The notes under the pieces are model-generated. The model worked only from the letters and a program-made list of their open reading frames with translations. It was not told the origin of the DNA and made no database searches. A program made the position numbers and the translations under genes. 64,000 nucleotides of DNA from an uncultured Fibrobacterota bacterium (lineage in GTDB: Bacteria; Fibrobacterota; Chitinivibrionia; Chitinivibrionales; FEN-1185), in NCBI GenBank assembly GCA_963729895.1, contig CAVSQB010000022.1, positions 64,001-128,000 of the forward strand. Direction: 5' to 3'. Shown one piece after another: positions 10,713-18,838 of the stretch (within the stretch, counting starts at the first letter, position 1; the number at the start of each line of letters is the position of its first letter).

Positions 10713-10976
10713 ATGAAAGGCAAGCGCTACAGTGAAGAGCAGATTTTTCGGATCCTGCAAGAAGGCGACCGCGGAGCCAAAGTCGCTGATCTTTGTCGTC
10801 AATATGGTATTTCAGAGAACACGTACTTCCGTTGGAAGAGCAAATACAGCGGACTTGAGCTCTCTGATCTGAAAAGGATGAAGGAGATCGAGGGCGAAAA
10901 CAGCCGGCTCAAGCGGATTGTTGCAGACCAGGCACTTCAGATCGATGCAATGAAGGAAGTGCTGCAAAGAAAATAG
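10713..10976 (+). CDS. IS3 transposase OrfA (HTH)
   Basis: YSEEQI...DLCRQYGISENTYFRWKSKY...ENSRLKRIVAD; GGAGG RBS. Confidence 0.93.
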   Translation: MKGKRYSEEQIFRILQEGDRGAKVADLCRQYGISENTYFRWKSKYSGLELSDLKRMKEIEGENSRLKRIVADQALQIDAMKEVLQRK

Positions 10977-11833
10977 TGAAGCGTCCTCAGCGTAGGCTGA
11001 CTGTGGACGCACTAATGCGGCAAGGCCTGAGTCAACGGAAAGCATGCGGACTTCTGGGTATGACACCGGCAGGGTACCGCTATCGACCGCAGGAATCGGC
11101 TTTGAACAGCGAGTTGAAAACAAAAATGCATGAAACCATTTCATCGTTCCGTTCATGGGGCTTTCCGACGCTTTATTGGTATCTCCGCAACCTTGGGTAC
11201 ATAGTAAATCACAAACGTGTGCATCGGCTCTACAAGGAAGAATCGCTTCAGAAAAGCAAGCGGAGGAGGCGTCAGAAACGCAATAGCCAACGGATGCCGT
11301 TGACGCTGCCGGATCGGCCAAGCCGTCGCTGGTCAATGGATTTCATATTCGACAGTACTTCCGACAAGCGCAAGCTGAAATGCCTGAATGTTGTCGATGA
11401 CTGCACCCGTGAGGCTCTTGCAATCAAGGTAGCACGTTCTATTCCAGCACTAGGAGTCTGCCAAGTTCTAGACCACCTGGTGGCCAGGTACGGAAAGCCG
11501 GAAGCTCTGTTGACTGATAACGGCCCGGAATTCCGGAGCAAAGAACTCATGCTCTGGGCAATACGAAACCAGGTAAGGCAGGAATTCATTCAGCCCGGCA
11601 AGCCCAGCCAGAATGCTTTTGTAGAATCATTCAATTCGATATTCAGGGACCAATGCTTGAATGAAAACTGGTTCATCTCATTAGAGGACGCAGAAAGAAT
11701 AATCGAACATTGGAAGAACATTTACAACCGGATACGGCCACACGGATCACTAAAGGGGAAAACACCTGAAGAATACAGAGGTCAATTCAAAGAGAAAACT
11801 CCCATTTCGACTGAGAAAGTAATTGGGGTATAG
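10976..11833 (+). CDS. IS3 transposase OrfB (DDE integrase core), -1 frame relative to OrfA
   Basis: WSMDF, DNGPEF, PGKPSQNAFVESFN, YNRIRPHGSL; TAG/GTG overlap with A-AAA just upstream. Confidence 0.93.
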   Translation: MKRPQRRLTVDALMRQGLSQRKACGLLGMTPAGYRYRPQESALNSELKTKMHETISSFRSWGFPTLYWYLRNLGYIVNHKRVHRLYKEESLQKSKRRRRQKRNSQRMPLTLPDRPSRRWSMDFIFDSTSDKRKLKCLNVVDDCTREALAIKVARSIPALGVCQVLDHLVARYGKPEALLTDNGPEFRSKELMLWAIRNQVRQEFIQPGKPSQNAFVESFNSIFRDQCLNENWFISLEDAERIIEHWKNIYNRIRPHGSLKGKTPEEYRGQFKEKTPISTEKVIGV

Positions 11834-12385
11834 CCACCAACACGCCAGCACCAATAACAGTTACATTTACTTCTTCCATTGGGTTCTCGCTCTTAAGTCT
11901 TTGCTAATGTCGGTTCAAACGATGTGAAAAAAGATTCCAGAAATTGGATTTTACATCCCGGCTCTTTCCGCTCCTCCGAGGGAAACCCATGGCGACGGTG
12001 CGTTGTCCAGTCAGATCCTTACTTGAGGTTCACCTTATTAGCGAGCCTGGTCCTAATTTTATCCATCGGTACGCATCATTCAAGCATTACGGAGATAGTT
12101 TGAGCCTTATACTATTCATGGTGCGAATAGGACAATGGCGGTTTCTTGGGGCGACTGCCGAAAAAACTTGTTGCGATTTGCTGCAACATTGTAGAAACAT
12201 ATTTTGACACCAAAATTATTTCCGACCCGAGAAAATTTCTTGCATTATGTTTTCAGTAGGCCGTTTATCTTCCGGGGTTTTTTCTAAGGGTGCGACGACC
12301 CGAATGAAGATGGAGTAATGGCTCCTTATGAAAAACACTCCGCACCAAAAAAACATCCAGAAAGAGTTTCTTTTCCTTGAATGTC

Positions 12386-12721
12386 CTATGTGGTACATCC
12401 GATCAAACCCGCACAACGCCCCCCCCGCCCCTCGCTCTCATCCTTTCTTGCCGCCAGCAACAGCCATTCCGCCATCCATTCCGCCCGCTTTTCAAACGGC
12501 AATTCGCTGAGCTCCCGCTGGTCGTCGGAAAGGTAAACCGTGTCGGCGGGAATGGTATACGGCTCAAGGAGACGAACCGATGCCGCCCGGATCCGTTGCG
12601 AATCAACCAATATTACTCCGGCGATTGAATATGCCACGCAAGCCTGGCCGGAGTTCAGTAAGACCTCTGCGCCGGCGGATACAAACTCATGCTGGAGTTG
12701 CTGGTAAGGGTTCTTTGTCAT
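12386..12721 (-). pseudogene. Nucleotidyltransferase N-terminal relic fused to small repeated ORF (copy 1)
   Basis: NPY...VLLNSGQACVAY parallels NPI...FLLMGGQACVLY of ORF 17150-17893; the rest matches repeats at 13.7 and 15.7 kb. Confidence 0.6.
12424..12634 (-). repeat. Dispersed repeat copy 1 (encodes VDSQRIRAAS...ELPFEKRAEWMAEWLLLA)
   Basis: Near-identical by eye to 15660-15834; core gcaacagccattccgcc...ttttcaaa. Confidence 0.9.
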
Positions 12722-12731
12722 GATGGTGTGC

Positions 12732-13037
12732 TCACCTTTTCTTCCCCGTTGCCGGCAGCAGCCTCAACTCTTTCTTTCTTTTCTCAATGAGGTTCCTGTC
12801 TTCCTCTGTCTTTTCAGAAGAGCTGAGCGCGTGCATGAACACCACAAAGAGGCTGGCCAGGAAAAACAACTCAAACCCGAAAACGAGCGGAAAAAGTCTC
12901 TTTTCCTTAAAGGTCTTGTGCAAATACAACGGATCCTCAACCCTGAACGCCTTCCTGCTTACTATCATTTCTTTCTCGATCTCGCTCGAAAGCAGGCTGA
13001 GAATTTTCGTACGGAGTATCGGATCGGCAATGTTCAC
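12732..13037 (-). pseudogene. Diverged 3' fragment of wzz
   Basis: IADPILRTKILSLLSSEIEKEMIVSR...KELRLLPATGKK aligns without gaps to the C-terminus of 15966-16952. Confidence 0.9.
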
Positions 13038-13114
13038 AACCTCTCAGTCAAGGCATGCGGCCAAAAATCATCATTTTGCACCATCTTCATCGCCCCCACT
13101 GTCGTCGATGCGCA

Positions 13115-13148
13115 ATGCGAGCAACAGCCATTCCGCCCGCTTTTCAAA
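13115..13148 (-). repeat. Dispersed repeat copy 2 (core only)
   Basis: atgcgagcaacagccattccgcccgcttttcaaa. Confidence 0.85.
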
Positions 13149-13154
13149 GGCCAA

Positions 13155-13348
13155 TCAGGCGATTTTTGGCCAAGCCCCGCCGATGCTTCCCTTGTGGAAC
13201 ATCGTGCTGTAGTGCGCTTGTTCAGAACGCATGCGCCTATCTTTTCCGCAGGCAGAATACCACCTCCCGCAATATAGCTTACTCCTTCGCGCTTACGGCG
13301 TTCGGAAAGAAGCCTTAACACGGCTATTTGGTATTCTGCAAGAGCCAC
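13155..13348 (-). pseudogene. Internally deleted nucleotidyltransferase-like gene
   Basis: GTG overlapping the upstream ORF end; ALAEYQIAVLRLLSERRKREGVSYIAGG stops at the GG motif; short C-terminus-like FHKGSIGGAWPKIA* in another frame. Confidence 0.55.
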
Positions 13349-13569
13349 AGTTTTAATTTTCTCGTTTCGATCCAATCGGCCTGTGAACATTTTTTTGCAA
13401 TACAATCCAAAATACCGATTGAAGAAGGCGATGTTATATCAACCTTCTGCGCAGGATTCAAAAACCATAATGCTCGTGTTCGATAAGACTCGACAAGCTC
13501 CCGGAATTTGAGCTGGGCGTCCTCTCTGGTTTTTATTGGAATATTATTTGTCGATGTAATCGAATGCAT
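13324..13569 (-). CDS. Small hypothetical protein, putative antitoxin-like partner
   Basis: 81 aa (LVESYRTRALWFL), overlaps start of NTase relic. Confidence 0.6.
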   Translation of the reverse strand: MHSITSTNNIPIKTREDAQLKFRELVESYRTRALWFLNPAQKVDITSPSSIGILDCIAKKCSQADWIETRKLKLWLLQNTK

Positions 13570-13704
13570 GTGGAACGTTTAGTATGCGCCAAGTAGAACG
13601 GGCATTCCTTCGAGTCGTCTTTTTTCATCGCTCATCATCCAAACAGCCGATTACCGCAGGTTCTTTAAGTTTTGCAGTCATAGACCTCCGCCTTTGTACC
13701 GTCC

Positions 13705-13882
13705 ACCCGCCCCTCGCTCTCATCCGTTCTCGACGCGAGCAACAGCCATTCCGCCATCCATTTCCCCCGCTTTTCAAACGGTAATTCGCCGGTCGTCCGT
13801 ACGGTACGCCGTGCTCTCGGAACCCGGTGTACGCCTCGAGGAGACGAAGACGTGCCGCGCGGATGCATTCCGGATCGACCAT
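13705..13882 (-). repeat. Dispersed repeat copy 3 (more diverged, frameshifted)
   Basis: MVDPECIRAARLRLLEAYT in one frame and ELPFEKRGKWMAEWLLLASRTDESEGR in another. Confidence 0.85.
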
Positions 13883-13909
13883 TGCAGGCATTGTCGTTTA
13901 CGAGAAGAA

Positions 13910-14338
13910 TCATTTTTCACTTCCCTCAGCCAGTTTGCTCTGAACAAACAACATTAATTTCTTCGCGGCCTTTATCGCGGAATCTGAATCGCCGGTACTG
14001 TACGCTTCGGAGGGGGTCGTGCCCGGCAAGCCATCAGGATACCTCGTTGGAATGTAATACCGGTCCAGCTCACGAAATTCTTCTTCGAATTTCGCCAGCT
14101 TTTCCGCTATAGGCGGCGCGCCGACGAATTCCTTTCCGAGTTTCAGCAAGGAATGTCCCCAGGGTTCAATATCATTTAGGAAGTACAATGCCTTGAGGGC
14201 CTTTTCTCCCGCTTGCTGAGAGTGAAAACAACTTTGGGCGAACATCTTGTTCTTATGCAGTATTTCCGCCGCACCCATGTCGTCCTGGGCCGTGGAAAAC
14301 CAACGCAAGGCCTGAGCATCTTTCTTTTCAACGCTCAT
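13910..14338 (-). CDS. HEPN domain protein
   Basis: W..TAQDD, CFHSQQAGEKALKA, WGHSL, LDRYYIPTRYPD. Confidence 0.9.
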   Translation of the reverse strand: MSVEKKDAQALRWFSTAQDDMGAAEILHKNKMFAQSCFHSQQAGEKALKALYFLNDIEPWGHSLLKLGKEFVGAPPIAEKLAKFEEEFRELDRYYIPTRYPDGLPGTTPSEAYSTGDSDSAIKAAKKLMLFVQSKLAEGSEK

Positions 14339-14750
14339 AGATAACAACCCCTTCCCGTAATACGGTTTGTATGAATGAGCGGTCTTTCATTGCGGATAAT
14401 TCCTCATCCGTATAAATCAGTAAATCCAACCCGACCTGGCCGAAGGCGTCATACAAACCGTCAAAATCGGCGTACCTGTCGAAGAACCGTTTTTTCGTAT
14501 TCTTGGAAATCACCATCATGTCGATGTCGGATTTTCGCGATTGGGTTCCCCGCGACCAGGACCCGAACACAAGCGCTTTTTGCGCCGGTGATTGGGCAAA
14601 CACCGGTTGCGCAACCCTCCGTATGTCATTCAAACTTTGAATAACACAGCACGCGCATTCCCCGCGACTTGGCGCGGGGGTTTTCAATTTCAACGGCGCC
14701 CACTCGTTGTGATACAGTTCTTCATTGGGATTATTGAGCATGGCGATCAC
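14328..14750 (-). CDS. Minimal nucleotidyltransferase (MNT)
   Basis: VFGSWSRGTQSRKSDID, LDLLIYT, REGVVIYE; overlaps HEPN gene; start uncertain. Confidence 0.88.
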   Translation of the reverse strand: MIAMLNNPNEELYHNEWAPLKLKTPAPSRGECACCVIQSLNDIRRVAQPVFAQSPAQKALVFGSWSRGTQSRKSDIDMMVISKNTKKRFFDRYADFDGLYDAFGQVGLDLLIYTDEELSAMKDRSFIQTVLREGVVIYER

Positions 14751-14791
14751 TTGTTCGCATTGAAATTAAAACTCTTCTTCCATAGTTAAAA

Positions 14792-15295
14792 TCAGGGTAA
14801 TCCTGTGTCTTTCAGGAGAATCCTGGTTAGAAAAGATTCGAATTCTTGTTTCAACTGTCTATCCGCTTCCAAAACAACCTTTGCGGTTTCACGGGTTTTC
14901 AGGGGATCCAGAAGCACTCCATAGCTATTGCGAAACAGATGGCGAAACCGAAGGCACGCATCAAGCATTTCATACAGGCTTTCCGATATCACCGGCCCTC
15001 TCTTTGTTTCGATGGTACTCTTCATTTCCATCAGGAGAAGCTTGTGCCATGATTCTCCTCTGGGAATGCCGCCATTCAACTCCTCCGCCACCAAACGGAA
15101 GAGGTTTTCCGCGGAATTGTAGAAATCGTGAATATAGGATCCTTCGGCCCGAAGTTCATGACCATTGCTCTGCACAGGATTCTTTTGCAATAGGTCTTTC
15201 AGCGCCTCAAGGTTTCTGTCTATAAATTTGCATTCCTGTTCAAAGAAAGAGCGAAGCGATGCATAAGCGGATAGTCTCTGTCGTTCAGGGTCCAA
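14792..15295 (-). CDS. HepT-like HEPN RNase
   Basis: HDFYNSAENLF, GESWHKLLL, RFRHLFRNSYG. Confidence 0.85.
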   Translation of the reverse strand: MDPERQRLSAYASLRSFFEQECKFIDRNLEALKDLLQKNPVQSNGHELRAEGSYIHDFYNSAENLFRLVAEELNGGIPRGESWHKLLLMEMKSTIETKRGPVISESLYEMLDACLRFRHLFRNSYGVLLDPLKTRETAKVVLEADRQLKQEFESFLTRILLKDTGLP

Positions 15296-15626
15296 TGGTT
15301 TTGCTCCTTGATAAAATATAGTCTCTCTTTTCCGGATACACGGAGGCCAGCGGAATCAAATCTATCTTTATGGGAAAATACTTTTCGAATTCGGGTTCAA
15401 TATCAAACGCCTGTGCCGAAGTAAAATTGGTGACGGCAATATCGATGTCGGAATCCTCATGAAATCGTTCGCGCATAAGGAGAGAGCCGGCAACGCGAAC
15501 ATCCTCGGCATGATATTTTTCCCGAAGCATTCGCGCAACATCAAAGGCGATATCCCACGATCTGCAGAACCTCGCTTCAAGCCCGTCGTTAATATCGGGA
15601 TGCATAGGAATTGAACGAATACTCAT
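15285..15626 (-). CDS. Minimal nucleotidyltransferase (MNT)
   Basis: AGSLL...FHEDSDIDIAV, IDLI; start placed at MSIRS because the upstream part of the track ORF is repeat DNA. Confidence 0.85.
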   Translation of the reverse strand: MSIRSIPMHPDINDGLEARFCRSWDIAFDVARMLREKYHAEDVRVAGSLLMRERFHEDSDIDIAVTNFTSAQAFDIEPEFEKYFPIKIDLIPLASVYPEKRDYILSRSKTIGP

Positions 15627-15651
15627 GTTCTCTTTGTCTTTCGTCAGGAGT

Positions 15652-15810
15652 TCAATTTCTCGATGCGAGCAACAGCCATTCCGCCCTCTTTTCAAACGGC
15701 AATTCGCCGAGCTTCCGCTGGTCGTCGGAAAGGTAAACTGTGTCGGCGGGAATGGTATACCGCTCAAGGAGACGAACCGATGCCGCCCGGATGCGTTGCG
15801 AATCAACCAT
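15652..15810 (-). CDS. Small unknown protein (dispersed repeat copy 4, 52 aa)
   Basis: GGAG-taata-ATG; MVDSQRIRAASVRLLERYTIPADTVYLSDDQRKLGELPFEKRAEWLLLASRN. Confidence 0.5.
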   Translation of the reverse strand: MVDSQRIRAASVRLLERYTIPADTVYLSDDQRKLGELPFEKRAEWLLLASRN

Positions 15811-15965
15811 TATTACTCCGGCGATTGAATATGCAATAACCATTGGTCGCCGTCATGGCAAAATGGTGCAACAATTTACGCATGTGACGTTGCCGGAGTA
15901 ATAAGATTCTCCTCCTGCAAAGGCGTCGCCGCAACACAAAGAAAATGTGCAAAAGCGACGGCTGC

Positions 15966-16952
15966 TCACGTTTTCTTCCCCGCCGCCGGCAGCAGCCTCA
16001 ATTCCCTTTTTATTTTCTCTAAAAGATCCCAGTCTTCTCCGGTCTTTTCGGAAGAGCTGAAGGCGTGGATAAAAACAATAAACAGACAGCTCAGGAAAAA
16101 CAATCCAAATCCCAAAACCAGTGGAAAAAGTCTCTTCTCTTTAAAGGTCTTGTGCAGATACAGAGGATCAAGCACCTTGAACGCCTCCCTGCTTACTATC
16201 ATTTCTTTCTCGATCTCGGTCGAAAGGAGACTAAGAATTTTCGTCCTGAGCAGCGGATCGGCGATGGTAACAAGCTCGCTGTCGAGGTATGCCACGTTCT
16301 CTTTAGCCTCGGCCTGGACTTTTGTCCTGATATATTCATTGAGATAGTCCAGATACGTCGCGGCAAGATTGTTGGTGAATGCGGAGTCTCTTGATTGAAT
16401 GGACATGACGATTACGTTTCTTTTGCTGTCTTTGGTCTTCTTCAGAAATTTCGCCTTTATAAAACCACCGATATCCAGCGGTTTCGGTTGAACAAACTTC
16501 GGCGTCCACGCACCCGTGGCTTGGTCCCAGTATTTCTTGTACGCCTTTGGCCATTGATATTTGTAAATAGCCGGCAGCAAGGAATATGTTTCCACCAATT
16601 TTGCGCCGAAATCCCTGCTGTCAAGTATCATGTCCATGGTATTCAGGCTTGCGCTGCCTTGATCGAGGTTGAGCTGGCTTGCAACGATGCCGCCGAGCGC
16701 GCCGAGCTGGGCCAGTGAGGTGGATTGCTGGGATTCCCGCTCCTTGGGAGCAATAATCGTTTCCGCGACCCATGTTGGTCCCTTGATAAGCGCGGCGACA
16801 TACCCGGCCACGAGCCCCAGCAGAGTGAGCCCGACTATGAGCTTCTTGTGTTTGACAAGAGCGTAGATGTATTCAAGCAGGTTGATCTCGTCGGGGTCGT
16901 GGGGTCTTGATTGTACTGCTTGGGCGGATTGGTGGTTTTGGTTGAGATCCAT
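15966..16952 (-). CDS. wzz: Polysaccharide chain-length determinant (Wzz family)
   Basis: DEINLLEYIYALVKHK, N- and C-terminal TM helices flanking a periplasmic domain. Confidence 0.85.
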   Translation of the reverse strand: MDLNQNHQSAQAVQSRPHDPDEINLLEYIYALVKHKKLIVGLTLLGLVAGYVAALIKGPTWVAETIIAPKERESQQSTSLAQLGALGGIVASQLNLDQGSASLNTMDMILDSRDFGAKLVETYSLLPAIYKYQWPKAYKKYWDQATGAWTPKFVQPKPLDIGGFIKAKFLKKTKDSKRNVIVMSIQSRDSAFTNNLAATYLDYLNEYIRTKVQAEAKENVAYLDSELVTIADPLLRTKILSLLSTEIEKEMIVSREAFKVLDPLYLHKTFKEKRLFPLVLGFGLFFLSCLFIVFIHAFSSSEKTGEDWDLLEKIKRELRLLPAAGKKT

Positions 16953-17149
16953 GGTGAACGGGTTCCTGGTTAAAGATTATCTGTTGAAAAGCACGCTGTT
17001 CGGTAAAGACAATCCGCAGTCATTTTATCGGCAGTTTGTTCTGAACCAATAAAATACGCTGCGTGGCAAAGGCTTGTGGCCAAAAATCAACATTTCGATG
17101 ATAGCGATAGGTGGAGCTTCAAATGACGGGAAATCCGGGGTTCCATAAA

Positions 17150-17893
17150 TCATTTCCCATACCGGCTTTTTTCCAGTTCTTTAAGAAGCGGCCTCCAATA
17201 CAGCCTGTCTGCGTCCCGCTCCTTTTCTTCTTCTGCCATCAACGCGCTCGTCAATGCTTCTTCCGTGCAGCCCGGTAACAGGCAAAGTAATCGTCGTTGT
17301 TTTCTCAATTCCTTGACCCTATCCGGATGTTGAGAGCACAACATGCGGATAATTTCCGGAGTCCGCGCTTCCGTGAGCCAGAACCGGATGTTTTCGGGTG
17401 AACTACGGTCTTTGTTTTCAAGGTAATGGGCTTCAACAAGGCGTCTGATATGTGACCAGTCTTTATCGCGCTGGGTTTTCTTAACTTCAATGAGATCCGG
17501 AAGCGATATAACATCCACGGCAAGGCCATCGCTCAGTTTCAACGTAGTGCGACGCTTCCATAGCGTTTCGAAAGAAGGAGCATTGCGCATTACCGACATG
17601 ATATCGAGGCGCATGTCCCTCGCTCCCGGATGCTTGCATCGAAAATGTATTGCGTGTCCCTTTAGAAGATGTTCTATCGAAAGTTGGGGAACGGCTATGA
17701 GCTCGGCTTGCAATTCCGTAAGCGCCGCATCCAGGCTTCCAAGGTTTTTCCGGTCGGGCAAAATTGCAATATCAGTGTCACGGCTGAACTCAGACCCGCC
17801 GTACAATACGCACGCCTGCCCGCCCATCAGCAGAAAACGCACCCGGCAGCCAAGCAGAACGGAAAGGACTTTGATAATCGGGTTCGGGGTCAA
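17150..17893 (-). CDS. Nucleotidyltransferase family protein
   Basis: LLMGGQACVLYGGSEFSRDTDI, LDIM, KKTQRDKDW; GGAGG RBS before TTG 17893. Confidence 0.8.
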   Translation of the reverse strand: MTPNPIIKVLSVLLGCRVRFLLMGGQACVLYGGSEFSRDTDIAILPDRKNLGSLDAALTELQAELIAVPQLSIEHLLKGHAIHFRCKHPGARDMRLDIMSVMRNAPSFETLWKRRTTLKLSDGLAVDVISLPDLIEVKKTQRDKDWSHIRRLVEAHYLENKDRSSPENIRFWLTEARTPEIIRMLCSQHPDRVKELRKQRRLLCLLPGCTEEALTSALMAEEEKERDADRLYWRPLLKELEKSRYGK

Positions 17894-18176
17894 GGCTACC
17901 TCCGGTTTTCCGGTAGAAATCCCATAATTTCTTTGTTTCTGTCCAGCGATCTTGAGGACTGAGTGCGTACCAGGATCTCCATTCGTCACTTTCTCCAATG
18001 GGGATTGCAGCCTGCCGGCGCGGTCTTTTTCTTGAAAGCATGTAGCGGGCAAGACGTTCCATATCTTCAACGATCTTGATTTTTTCCCTTATCGACAGCG
18101 CTCTGAAATGCCGCACCTGTAACTTCACTCCGCTGTCCCAATCGGGAAGGTGTTTCCGGATTGTGCGCTTATCCAT
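17790..18176 (-). CDS. Small hypothetical protein between two NTases (putative partner)
   Basis: Coupled to upstream NTase stop; two similar helical motifs FRALSIREKI and WYALSPQDRW. Confidence 0.6.
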   Translation of the reverse strand: MDKRTIRKHLPDWDSGVKLQVRHFRALSIREKIKIVEDMERLARYMLSRKRPRRQAAIPIGESDEWRSWYALSPQDRWTETKKLWDFYRKTGGSLDPEPDYQSPFRSAWLPGAFSADGRAGVRIVRRV

Positions 18177-18678
18177 TGCGCGCTTCTTTTTGAATGATCC
18201 GGAGATGGGTGACGTCGTCCCGGTCCTTGTCGCGACCGGCCTTCTTTTTCATGGCGATGAGTGTGGCAATGTTCACATATCGAAACAGGGCGCCCTTAGA
18301 CAACTCCTCTTCGACTGCGATGGAATATTGTGCGTTAAAATCAAACGGTTCCTTTACAAATATATCAACCGGCGTGTCGGCATGTCTGTCGCTGAAGAGG
18401 TTGAGAACCATCATGCCTTTGTTTCTGATCCAGCTTTCCCGGAGTTTGCGGTCCGCGAACTGTTGCCCCGTCACCGGAACCTTGGGCTTGTAGCCAAGGC
18501 GCTCAAGGGCGGAGAATCCTCTCAGAATGTTGTCATTAGTCAACTGAAGCACAAGATCGAGATCATAGGTGAGTCTTCCGTATCCGTGCGCAACCACCGC
18601 CATGCCGCCCACAACGAGGTACCGCACCTTGTTCTTATTCAACGCTTTCACGATTTTTTCAAATGTCGCAAGTTTCAT
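18169..18678 (-). CDS. Nucleotidyltransferase family protein
   Basis: YLVVGGMAVVAHGYGRLTYDLDL, VDIF, MKKKAGRDKDRDD. Confidence 0.85.
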   Translation of the reverse strand: MKLATFEKIVKALNKNKVRYLVVGGMAVVAHGYGRLTYDLDLVLQLTNDNILRGFSALERLGYKPKVPVTGQQFADRKLRESWIRNKGMMVLNLFSDRHADTPVDIFVKEPFDFNAQYSIAVEEELSKGALFRYVNIATLIAMKKKAGRDKDRDDVTHLRIIQKEARNG

Positions 18679-18838
18679 TCGATAGCAACCGTCACCCCTG
18701 TGTATAGCCGGGAGATACGAATGTGCGGGCAGGGCGCTCCTTGCCCCCGTCGGCGGCACCCGCTTCCCGCCTCAGACCGTTCTTTCTTATCAACAGATCC
18801 GTCTTCCGCGCGCAATGATCGCAACCCGCCGCTCGCCG

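Larger units (their letters stand above)
10639..11836 (+). mobile_element. IS3-family insertion sequence (1198 bp)
   Basis: TG...CA ends; imperfect terminal IRs TGGCTATACCCC...GGGAGTTTT; 4-bp direct repeat CCAA at 10635-10638 and 11837-11840; orfA/orfB. Confidence 0.95.
9562..11879 (-). pseudogene. FAD-dependent oxidoreductase (L-2-hydroxyglutarate oxidase-like) interrupted by IS3 element
   Basis: 5' part 11837-11879 (MEEVNVTVIGAGVL) and 3' part 9562-10638 (GLAIAAEL...TSSRNSEVIHSGIYY...GIESPGLTAS) rejoin in frame after removing the IS and one CCAA. Confidence 0.92.

Noticed and set aside
11880..12385. Small ORFs or a JUMPstart/ops element before the glycan block
   Set aside because: No ops consensus seen and ORFs lack support; left unannotated
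12424..15834. Repeats as a CRISPR array
   Set aside because: Spacing is 0.6-2 kb and irregular, repeats are coding-like and variable in length, no cas genes
15856..15870. Sigma54 promoter TGGCA...TGCA
   Set aside because: GG-GC spacing is one base short of consensus
12732..16263. wzz duplicate as a DGR template/variable repeat pair
   Set aside because: Differences involve all bases and are often synonymous, not adenine-specific; no reverse transcriptase in the window
12386..18678. Classical integron cassette array
   Set aside because: No integrase and no convincing RYYYAAC...GTTRRRY attC hairpins by eye; IntegronFinder would settle it
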